A stretch of DNA of 18,133 nt from Thecamonas trahens ATCC 50062. Lineage: Eukaryota > Protista > Apusomonadida. Under the pieces are notes generated by a model. The model was given only the letters and a program-made list of their open reading frames with translations, was not told the origin of the DNA and ran no database searches. The translations under genes and the position numbers were made by a program. This document shows, in pieces, positions 1-8,502 of the stretch; position 1 is the first letter of the stretch, and each line of letters starts with the position of its first letter. The stretch lies in assembly GCF_000142905.1 (NCBI RefSeq), contig NW_013657625.1, positions 1 through 18,133 of the forward strand, given 5' to 3'.

Positions 1-1
1 C

Positions 2-1162
2 CAGGAGACGTTCATTCCGGCGCTCCTCGGCTCACAAAGCGATGCGCTCCTCGCGGCGCCTCCCGGCGAGGGCAAGACCCTCTCGTTCCTCCTCCCGGTC
101 CTGGCCGGGATCGACAACCGCGCGCCCGGCGTACAGGCGCTGGTCGTTGCGCCGCACGCTGAGGCTGCGCTGCAGACGCTCACTGCGGCGCGGACGCTCA
201 CCCGCGGCGGCTCCAAGCGGCGGCGTGCTGCGCCAGTCACCACCGCCGCCCTCGTCCGCCCGCTGCACAAAGCGGCGCCGCTGCCGGACGCCCACCTTGT
301 TGTGGCCACCCCGTCGGTGCTTGCCAGCGCGCTTGCGGACTCGCCGGCTTTCCGCGATGTTGTCCTCCCGCGGCTGAACACGCTGGTCCTTGACGAGTTC
401 GACTACCTGGCGGCTTTTGAGCGGCGGGCGCTGGAGGGCATCCTAACCCACGCCACCATCAAGGCCTCGCACGTGACGCGGGCCCGCAGTGCGCGGATCC
501 GCAAGGCTGCTGCGCCGCGGGTCATCGGCGTCTCGGCCACGATGGCCACCCCCAGCGTCCGCGAAGTAGTCGCCGACCACTTTGCCGCCCCGCACCTCGA
601 GCTGGACGTGGCCGAGCGGCGCGCTGATGCGCCGGCGGTCGAGCATCTGGCGCTCCTGCTCAACGACTATGCGTCGCACGACGGGCGTGCTCGCGGTTCG
701 GGCGTCTCCCTCGGCGTCACCGCCGCTGCCCTCGCCCACACCGCCTCGCGGCTCAAGGTCAAGCGGAGCCTGGTCTTTACCCATGACGCTGCCGACGGCC
801 GCGCGCTCGCTGACGAGCTCAAAGCCCGTGGATTCAAGGCCGGATGGCTGCCGCCGGGCGCCTCGCGCGCCGCCGCCGCTGAGCGCAAGCGCATGCTCGC
901 CGCGCTCGCCGCCGGCCGTCTCCAGCTCGCGCTCCTGCCCGATGTCGTCGCCCGTGGCCTCGACCTCCCGACGCTCACCCACGTGTTCTCAGTCGGCCTT
1001 CCCGCCAACGTCGACCAGTACGTTCACCGCGCTGGTCGCGTCGGCCGCCCGTCGCAGGCTGCCGCCGCGCCGACCGTCGTCTCACTTGTCCGCTCCGCCC
1101 GCGACTTTAAGGCCCTCGACCACATCGCAGAGAGCCTCGGCATCACGCCGAGCCTCTTGTAG
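2..1162 (+). CDS. DEAD-box (SF2) RNA helicase, divergent; 5' end lies upstream of the window
   Basis: Frame 2 is open from base 2 (QETFIPALLG...), well upstream of the ORF-track start at 302. Motifs in order: Q-motif remnant (QETFIP), motif I AAPPGEGKT, Ia APHAEAALQ, Ib VATP, II DEFD, III SAT, IV LVF, V DVVARGLD, VI YVHRAGRVGR. Stop TAG at 1160-1162. Confidence 0.9.
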   Translation, partial: QETFIPALLGSQSDALLAAPPGEGKTLSFLLPVLAGIDNRAPGVQALVVAPHAEAALQTLTAARTLTRGGSKRRRAAPVTTAALVRPLHKAAPLPDAHLVVATPSVLASALADSPAFRDVVLPRLNTLVLDEFDYLAAFERRALEGILTHATIKASHVTRARSARIRKAAAPRVIGVSATMATPSVREVVADHFAAPHLELDVAERRADAPAVEHLALLLNDYASHDGRARGSGVSLGVTAAALAHTASRLKVKRSLVFTHDAADGRALADELKARGFKAGWLPPGASRAAAAERKRMLAALAAGRLQLALLPDVVARGLDLPTLTHVFSVGLPANVDQYVHRAGRVGRPSQAAAAPTVVSLVRSARDFKALDHIAESLGITPSLL

Positions 1163-1167
1163 GCGAA

Positions 1168-2082
1168 CTACGCCGTCGCAGGGAAGCCGGCGTAGACCAT
1201 CGACTCGATGCCGGCGCAGTCGACGCCGGCCTTGATCCAAAAGTGGCCCGCAGGCACTCCCATCGGCGTCGTCGCCGGCCACGCCTCGCCCCACGAGTTC
1301 TGCACAAGCCACGCTGGGCCGTGACCCATCATGTCGTCGTCCCATCCCACAATCATCACCGAGTGCATGCCCGTGAACCGTCCGCCGTCCGAGAGGTGGC
1401 AGCCGTCGAACACCACCCCGCCCGCAGGGTACTCCTGAAACTTGGCAAAGACATTGAACGTCACATCAACCGGCCCACCCATGATCGCTCTCTTGATAGC
1501 GGCAATGTGCGATGCTGGATCAATGAACGAGCCCACGTGCGTGTAGTTGGCCGCCGCGTACGTCTTCCACGCCACGCCAGGCGCGCTGCACTGGGTCGGG
1601 CACGCTGGCACCTTGCCGTCGCCCGACACATACGGCACACACTCGAGAGTGGGAATGCCGTGCTTGGTCAGATCGTGCCACGCGCGCCCACCGAGCACGC
1701 CCATCTCGCACTTGAGCACATCGTCGCACGAGACCAGCGCCTGTGGCGAGAGTACTACCTTCTCGCCGGCGTAGATGCACGTCCGCGCCGAGAGAACTTC
1801 AGAGGCCGCAAAGGCCCAGCACGATCCGCATCCGCCCTGGTTGAGCACCGGTGGGAGGCAGTCCGGGAACGTCTCGTTGACCATAAACCGCTTCGGCAGC
1901 CCCGCAGCCCGTCCGCTCGCCGCCACCGCCACCTCGTACTGCGCCTGCGGCAGCGGCGCACCTGTTGGCGTCCGCGCCACACCCATGCCACCTGTTGCCG
2001 CCGCGTGCCGCACCACCGCCGCCAACACCACCATCGCCACACTCACCACCACCACCACCAACCTTGCTCTTGCTCCTGCCAT
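1168..2082 (-). CDS. Papain-family (C1A) cathepsin B-like cysteine protease with signal peptide
   Basis: Catalytic Cys motif QGGCGSCWAF, LSPQALVSCD, GPVDVTFNVF, catalytic His in HSVMIVGW and Asn in QNSWG. Hydrophobic N-terminus. The ATG has a gccATGG context. Confidence 0.93.
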   Translation of the reverse strand: MAGARARLVVVVVSVAMVVLAAVVRHAAATGGMGVARTPTGAPLPQAQYEVAVAASGRAAGLPKRFMVNETFPDCLPPVLNQGGCGSCWAFAASEVLSARTCIYAGEKVVLSPQALVSCDDVLKCEMGVLGGRAWHDLTKHGIPTLECVPYVSGDGKVPACPTQCSAPGVAWKTYAAANYTHVGSFIDPASHIAAIKRAIMGGPVDVTFNVFAKFQEYPAGGVVFDGCHLSDGGRFTGMHSVMIVGWDDDMMGHGPAWLVQNSWGEAWPATTPMGVPAGHFWIKAGVDCAGIESMVYAGFPATA

Positions 2083-2214
2083 GGCGAGAGTGAGTGGAGT
2101 GGGCTACAATGCCGTTGCTGTTGCCCTCGCTCCCGCTCTGTCCCCCCCCCTCCCCCCTCCCATGTGACTTTGTCAAAGTAATGCGTATGATCGTCATTGC
2201 CGGCTGCCAAGGCC

Positions 2215-2274
2215 ATCGTGATCATGATCGCGATCACGATCACGACGACCACTGCTACGATCATGACCATGATC
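2215..2274. repeat. Degenerate GATCAY/GATCGC hexamer repeat in the cathepsin-SGTA divergent spacer
   Basis: atcgtgatcatgatcgcgatcacgatcacgac...gatcatgaccatgatc; perfect 9-bp inverted arms at 2215-2223 and 2232-2240. Confidence 0.7.
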
Positions 2275-2348
2275 CCCCAACACCTCCCCCACCTTGTCCT
2301 CTCCCCCCCCCCACCTCACCCTCCACCACCCACCCACACGCATACACC

Positions 2349-3401
2349 ATGTCGGACCACGCCATTGCTCAGGCCATTGTCGGGTTCCTCAACTCGGTTG
2401 TCGCCGCGCCGCCTGCTGGTGTTGACGGCGACTCGCTCTCGGTCGCCGCCGAGTGCATCGCCGACGCCTTTGGCCTCGCACCCGAGACGAGCAACACCAC
2501 GCTGCGCGACATGTTTGCGGCTTCGGCGTCTACTTCTGCACCGGCGGCCGCGCCAGAGGCAAGCCCGCAACACTCTGAGCGCCTGCAGGCATTCCTGGAC
2601 AACGTCGCCGCCCAGGGCTACTTTGCCGGGGTTGAAAAGGGCACGCCCGAGTACGCTCAGCGCGAGGCGGCGGCCATCGCCAAGTTCGAGGCCCGCCTGG
2701 CCGCCGCTGCCAACAAGGCCCCGGCATCCGAGGCTGACAAGGCCAAGGCCGCCGCGCTCAAGGCGGAGGGCAACGCTGCGCTCAAGGACGGCCGCTTCGA
2801 CGACGCCATCGCAAAGTACACGGCCGCCATCGCCGCCGACGACTCCAATGCTGTGTACTTTGCCAACCGCGCCGCCGCCCACGCCATGAAGAGGGACCAT
2901 GACGCGGTCATCGAAGACTGCGAGCGTGCCGTCGCTGTCGACCCGACGTACACCAAGGCCTACCGTCGCATGGGCGCAGCCTACATGGCCAAGGGCAACC
3001 CGCGCGCTGCCATCGACAACGCCTACAACCCGGCGCTCGCCGTCGAGCCCGACTCGGAGCTTACTCTTACCGAGCTTGCCAAGGCCCAGGCCGCCCTCTC
3101 GGCCGCAGATGCCGCCTCGCCGGCCGCTTCCGTCACTTCGGCGGAGCCCGCCGACGCTGCCGCGCCCGGAGCCACGCCCGCCGGCATGCCTGCAGGCATG
3201 CCGGCAGGCATGCCCGATCTCTCCAACCTCGCGTCCATGTTTGGCGGCGCTGGTGGCGCCGGCGGCGCGCCCGACCTCTCCTCGCTCATGGGCAACCCTA
3301 TGATCCAGCAGATGGCCTCGCAGATGGCGTCCAACCCCGAGATGCTGCAGAACCTCATGGGCATGATGGGCGGTATGGGCGGCATGGGCGGCCAGCAGTA
3401 G
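2349..3401 (+). CDS. SGTA: Small glutamine-rich TPR co-chaperone SGTA/Sgt2 (GET pathway), about 350 aa
   Basis: True start is taken as accATG at 2349 (MSDHAIAQAIVGFL). N-terminal dimerisation motif DSLSVAAECIADAFGL, three TPRs (LKAEGN...YFANRAAA...YTKAYRRMG) and an STI1-like M/Q-rich tail (LMGNPMIQQMASQMASNPEML). Confidence 0.9.
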   Translation: MSDHAIAQAIVGFLNSVVAAPPAGVDGDSLSVAAECIADAFGLAPETSNTTLRDMFAASASTSAPAAAPEASPQHSERLQAFLDNVAAQGYFAGVEKGTPEYAQREAAAIAKFEARLAAAANKAPASEADKAKAAALKAEGNAALKDGRFDDAIAKYTAAIAADDSNAVYFANRAAAHAMKRDHDAVIEDCERAVAVDPTYTKAYRRMGAAYMAKGNPRAAIDNAYNPALAVEPDSELTLTELAKAQAALSAADAASPAASVTSAEPADAAAPGATPAGMPAGMPAGMPDLSNLASMFGGAGGAGGAPDLSSLMGNPMIQQMASQMASNPEMLQNLMGMMGGMGGMGGQQ

Positions 3402-3410
3402 TCACCGCGA

Positions 3411-4646
3411 TCATCTCTTGCCCAGCCCTGCCGCAAGTTTGCGGAGCGCAGCCTTGCGGATAAAGGTCTTGTGTACCTCGAGCGCGGGCCGGACTACCGC
3501 GTCTAGCACCTGCAGTACCTCGTCGTCGCCCATCCTGAGTGCCGCCTTGACGTAGCTAAACAGGAGCGCTCCGTACTTGCCGTCGCTCGCCGAGGCTTCG
3601 GCGAGCGCCGCTATCGCAACCAGCACGGCTTTTGCTGGCCCAGGTCGCGCGAGGTCGGCCACCGCATGGCTCGATGCCTTGCCATCGACAACATGCTTGA
3701 GCAGCGCGAGGCTGCCGGAGCTGCCCAGCACCTCGGCGCTCGCACTCGCCACGCTGGCAAGCACAGGATCAAGCACTGCCGGCCAGCCCAAGCACTCCGC
3801 CGCGTCGGCGAGCAGTGCCTTCATCGCCTCGACCGCGCCCACAGCGCCTGCAGCTGCCAACGGCGCGACCAGCGATCTGACGCTAACTTCAGGAAACATG
3901 GCCACGCAGCCGCGCGCCGCGTCCAGTACCCGCCGCGAGACCGAGGCCTCCGCGGCTGCCATCAGCGGCAGCAGCACGTGTCCGAGGCATGCCGCCGCGT
4001 TTGCCCGCAGCGTCTCGCCATCCGCAAGCAAGCTCACCAGTTCCAAAACCGCATCCTCGCCCGCTCCTTCGCTCCACCCGTTGGCAAGTGCGCCTTTCAG
4101 CGCAGGGTCTGTCCGCAGCACCGCGAGCTCGTCCGCACTCAGCGCACACCGCCCGATCTTGGCAAGAGCTGCTTCCACTGCCGCCAAGTTTCCCAGCGTG
4201 TTGTCTGACTGGCGCACACAGCCCGCATGGGTCTGTGAGGCCTCCTTCTGCCGCTTCGGAGGCCGATGCCCGAGCTCGCCGCCCGCCGCCGTGACTGACG
4301 GCGGCGGCTCGCGAGCCGGCGGAAGGCGCCGTAACGCGGCCAGAGCTGCCTGCACCGGCGCCTGAGCAGGACTGAGTGCGGGCTCGGCGTAATGCGCGAT
4401 GCACGAGCCGCGCCAGGCTGCAGCAGCAGCCGTGTCTGAGCGCAGGACTCTCCGCGAGACGGTGACGGCGGCGTGAGCCATGGCCGCAGAAAGGTCGTGG
4501 TTTGAGGCGGCGAGGGCGGCCCGCGGCCACGAGACCAAGCTGGGGGAGGCGTAGGCGTACTGCTCTGCGGCCCAGACGACGTCTGCCGGGCGTCTGCCCG
4601 AGTGGATGCCCATAAGCAACGCAGCGATGGCGTGCCATGGCTCCAT
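3411..4646 (-). CDS. FANCE: Fanconi anemia group E (FANCE)-like protein
   Basis: The helical C-terminus KYGALLFSYVK...ALEVHKTFIRKAALRKL resembles, from memory, the FANCE C-terminal signature (human AYAKLMLTVMTK...ALEPNTTFLRKSLKAAL). VLLPLMAAAEASVSRRVLDAA...FP...LVAPL resembles [21 protein letters not shown]...LLDPVL. Central basic NLS-like RPPKRQK. gccATGG start. Confidence 0.65.
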   Translation of the reverse strand: MEPWHAIAALLMGIHSGRRPADVVWAAEQYAYASPSLVSWPRAALAASNHDLSAAMAHAAVTVSRRVLRSDTAAAAAWRGSCIAHYAEPALSPAQAPVQAALAALRRLPPAREPPPSVTAAGGELGHRPPKRQKEASQTHAGCVRQSDNTLGNLAAVEAALAKIGRCALSADELAVLRTDPALKGALANGWSEGAGEDAVLELVSLLADGETLRANAAACLGHVLLPLMAAAEASVSRRVLDAARGCVAMFPEVSVRSLVAPLAAAGAVGAVEAMKALLADAAECLGWPAVLDPVLASVASASAEVLGSSGSLALLKHVVDGKASSHAVADLARPGPAKAVLVAIAALAEASASDGKYGALLFSYVKAALRMGDDEVLQVLDAVVRPALEVHKTFIRKAALRKLAAGLGKR

Positions 4647-4721
4647 GGCGTGGCACCTTGGTCGACGAGTGTTTACACGGGAGCGCGACGCCGGCCGGTC
4701 GGCCGGCGCGGGAGAGGCTTG

Positions 4722-6015
4722 CTACTCGGCCGGCGGCTCAAAGGGCATGATGGAGCCAAAGGTAAAGTGCTGGATGACCGGAAACTTGGAGAGCACCTCG
4801 CCCTTGTACATCTTGATCATGCCGCCGTTGATCTTGGTCCAGTGGATGACCGAGGTGATCGAGTAGAGGCACGACGAGTGCTCCTCAAAGGTGCCCGACT
4901 TGAGCGAGCACACAAACTTGATGGCGGCCAGGTACATGTAGTCCTGGGCGTACATATCAACAATGTCGGCCTGGAGGACAGACTTTGGCTTGATAAACGC
5001 GTGCTCGCGGAGCTGCGCCGAGCCCCAGAGGAACGGCATGAACTGGTAGTCGTCGAGCCCAAAGGCGCCGCGCGAGCCGGCCGGCTCCAGCGAGTACTTG
5101 GTCTGAAGCTTGCGGGCAAGCGAGAGGTAGCTGTCGGCAAAGACCCGGAACGCCAACGCCGCATACTCGTCGGGCTTGACGTACCCGATCATGGCCAGCG
5201 CCGCCATGAACGCCACAAAGTACATCTCGTGCCCGGTCCCGTAGTCGCGACGCAGCCGGTTGCCAAAAGACTCGGAGAGATATGCCACAAGCTCGATGGC
5301 CGGTGATGGCGACTCGGTCGGCTCGGTGGCGCCGACAGCTTCGGCAGCCCCGCCTCGCGCCTCGGCGTGCTCCGCCGCCCAGCCGGACGCCTCGAGCGCA
5401 TCGTCGATGAGACCGGGCATGGCCGCCACAGCCTTGTCCAGCCACGTCACAAACGCCTTGTTGCCGAATCGCATCGGCTGATCCACCGGCTCGATCTCGT
5501 CGACCATGGCGTCAAGCTTGGCCAGCATCTCCACCAGCGCCTGCACCGCCGGTGAGAGCGGCAGCGCCCCCTCGGCCGACTCGGCGTACTCGCGCATCGA
5601 TCGGCCCTTCACCGCACTGTTCACCGCCTGAATGAAACCCATCAAGTTGCCGTATGCCTCTGACTGCAGCCACCCACCCATGTCCATCGGCGACAGCACC
5701 CGTCGGACCTGTTCTCCAACCCGCCAGCCGTCACCACCCCACATCCCGTCCCGTCCCGTCCGCCACCACCACGCCGTGCAGCGCCCACACCAGCCCATAC
5801 CCCCACCCCCCCCACCAGCAACCAAACAGCGACCATTGTGAGTGTGTCCCGTATACCACTCTCGGCCCCATCACCCATTCCGCCCCCCTCGCCTCCCCCC
5901 CCCCCCCCCCTTGCCGTCCTCCCGCTCACCGCGACCCACACCCACCTACCGGGGTCCGGAACGGGCCAGTCTTGTACGGCAGCTCAGGAGCTGCAAGCGC
6001 ATCGGAGTCAGCCAT
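4722..6015 (-). CDS. PTPA: Phosphotyrosyl phosphatase activator PTPA/Rrd (PP2A activator); 2 exons, 6015-5950 and 5708-4722, about 350 aa
   Basis: Family motifs RFGNKAF, SFGN..R.DYGTGHE, LEPAGS.G..GLDDYQF and KMYKGEVLSKFPVIQH. Splicing a phase-0 GT-AG intron gives MADSDALAAPELPYKTGPFRTP|VRRVLSPMDMGGW, which restores the conserved F..P.+.I....DM..W N-terminal motif. Confidence 0.93.
5709..5949 (-). other. Spliceosomal intron of PTPA (241 bp, phase 0)
   Basis: Donor ccg|GTAGGT at 5949, acceptor GAACAG|gtc at 5709, putative branch site GGTGAC at 5735-5730. Low-complexity G-rich content. Removal keeps the frame and restores homology. Confidence 0.85.
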
Positions 6016-6133
6016 TTTCTGTTCTGTGTCTATCTACGTATGGCTTGTCCTCGTGCTTGTGCTTGTGCTCGTGGTCTTGGTCTTGGTCGTCTCCTCACCT
6101 CGGTCTCCGAGTTGAGTGTCGAGCCACGGCTTC

Positions 6134-8502
6134 CTACGCTCCGCCGGCGAGGGCTGCCTCGGCGGCGCGGACCTCGTCGGGATCGGCATCGACGCGGGCG
6201 GCGGCAGCAAGGAAGGCTTCGTCGGTCTCTGCCCGGTCAAAGTCGGCCAGGTACTCGGATCGATGGAGGCAGACAATGGCCTCGAGGCTCGGGTCGTGCT
6301 TCTGCGCGATCTCGAGAGCGCGCGGCCAGTTGAAGAGACGCATGTTGAGCTCGACGGCCCAATAGAAGAGGCGGGCCTGGAGGAGGCCAGCCTCGGCCTC
6401 GTCGGGCTTGCCGCAGAAAAGAGCTAGCTCGGCGTGACGGCGCTCGGTGGCATCGATGGCGGCGATACGGGCAATGTGCTCGAGCTTGTCGACCTGGTTG
6501 ACCTGCGCAAAGGCAATCTCAGCCGGGCCCAGCTCCTTGTGGGCGACGGCGAGCGCGGCGAGGATGGCCCACTCCAGCGGCTGGTTGACGAACCGGCAGA
6601 GGTTGACGGCGTCCTTCATGACCGCGCTGCGGCGTACTGGGCAAGCAACTGCGGGTAGGGCGAGACCATGCTTGCGGCCAGCGCGCCGTCTTGGGTCCGA
6701 ATCGAGACGTGGGTGTCGACAAACGAGAGCAGCGTCGGTGAGCGACCGAGCGAGGTGCCGACCGAGCTGTCAACGGTCTTGGTGGCGTCAGTGAGCGAGG
6801 AGGCAACAAAGACGACGCCCGGGTAGTACCAGGTAACGAGCGACGAGTCGCAGTACGCCACCAGCATGTCGGCGCACTCGTTCCACACCACCGACGAGGC
6901 CATGGCGGCGAGCCGCACCGGTGCCGGCCGGACCACCGACGTCATGAACAGCTCGCCAGCCGAGTCGATGTAGACGAGCTTGCGATCGGCCGGCGAGCCG
7001 ACCTGCGAGAGGGCAATGTGGACGACGTCGCGCGAGGCGCCGACGACGTCGTCGAGCACACGCCCAGACCCGGCGTCAAAGAGAAGGATCCGCGACCGTG
7101 CACTTGGATCAATGAGTGCCACCGTGTCCGGTGAGAGTGCCACAGACGACTGGGTGAGCACGTCGCCGGCCGCCAGCCGGATCTTGGGGGACATCACCGG
7201 GCGCCCGTCGTAGCTGTGGATGGCAAGACCGGTCGACGAGTCGAGGAGCGCAAAGTACTTGGCGCACTGCAGAATGGCGTCGATGCGGACGTGGGCCTCG
7301 ATGATGACCGGCGTCGACCAGGCCGACGTCGAGTAGATGTACACCTGATGGGTCGTTGCCGCCACCAGATGGTCCGCTGCCAGCGAGAGCTTGATGACTC
7401 GGTCGCGGAAGACGAGCTCCTCCTCAAACTCGTTGGCAACGTCGAGGACTCGGACCTTGGTTGGCTCAATGAGGGTCACGTCGTAGTTCCGCCACTCGAC
7501 GTGCCGCCCGGTCACGTAGCCGAGGACAAGCTCAGCGCCGGCGCCGGCGCCGACGACATGCGACGAGTCTGGCGACCACGCCAGCGCCTGCAGCGAGCCT
7601 GCGTGCTGCGCCTCGGCGCGCGCGTGGATCCATCCGGCCGCGTCGCAGAGCGCAAGCAGCTCAAAGGCGCCGACGGCAAAGACCGTGCCGTCGGGCGCCC
7701 AGCGGGCGGAAGTGACGACGTGGTCAAACGGCGACGACGCGTACAGCGGGCGGCCAAAGGCGTCCCACACCTTGTACCGCGCATCCTCGCCGCCACTCAC
7801 AATCAGGTCCGAGACCGGCGACCAATCGAGGGCGAGGACAAGGCCGTCGTGCGCCTTCCACGACTCAACCTTGCCTGCCGGGTCGAGCGGCTTGACCACG
7901 ACCGAGGCGCCCGAGGTGAGCGCGAGCGCCGACGCACCGCGGCTCGCTCCCGCCTTGCTCTTGCCCTTGGCACTGGATCCGTTCGAGCCGGGCGCCGAGC
8001 CCCAGGCCAGCGCGTACACCGGGCGCGGCTGAGTGTAGAGGACCGAGCGGAGGACGCCAGCGCGGGACCAGACCTTGAGCGCGCCGTCCTCGCCGCAGGT
8101 GGCCAGAGTGGCGCCATCGCGTGTATACGCCGCGTCAAGCACGGCACCTTCGTGTGCGCCTTCGACCGCGCTCTCCCACTTGGGCTGCGTCGAGAACAGC
8201 CGCAGGGCACCGTCCGACGTGCCGACAACGCCTGCCCGCGGCGGGCCGGCAGCCTTGCCCGCGCCTGCGCTTCCGCTTCCGCCAGCGGAAGCGCCGCCGA
8301 CTGCCGGCGGTGCCAAGGCCATGCACGTGGCGTAAAAGCCGTCCAGCTCCAGCACAGCCTCCAGCGGCTCGCCCTCTGCGTTCCACTCACGCAGCGCGCC
8401 ATCGTCAGCCACAGACACCACGGTGGTGTCCGAGGCCCAGCCAACGCCTGTGATACCAGCCGTGTGGCTCCCGCTCCGGCCCATGTACGTCACCAGCTTC
8501 AT
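6134..8502 (-). CDS. IFT80: Intraflagellar transport protein 80 (WD40 propellers plus helical C-terminus), about 789 aa; 1-nt frameshift at about 6617
   Basis: Start accATG at 8502 (MKLVTY...HTAGITGVGW). Motifs WKAHDGLVLALDWSPVSDLIVSGGEDARYKVWDAFGR, FRDRVIKLSL and STSAWSTP. The second ORF (6134-6619) continues the homology: KDAVNLCRFV...WAILAALA...LFNWPRALEIA. The two parts are out of frame by one base. Confidence 0.92.

Noticed and set aside
2094-2348. 85-aa N-terminal extension of the SGTA ORF with an HDHD repeat and poly-Pro
   Set aside because: It is a translation of low-complexity promoter DNA starting 11 bp from the cathepsin ATG. SGT homology and a good Kozak context begin at 2349.
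3180-3205. Perfect 26-bp palindrome GCCGGCATGCCTGCAGGCATGCCGGC inside SGTA, so the antisense frame also reads GMPAGMPA
   Set aside because: It is a by-product of a self-complementary 12-bp coding repeat (GMPA x3), with no evidence of a separate function.
5709-5825. Gly/Trp-rich N-terminus of the PTPA ORF
   Set aside because: It is read-through into intron sequence. The spliced upstream exon restores the conserved motif.
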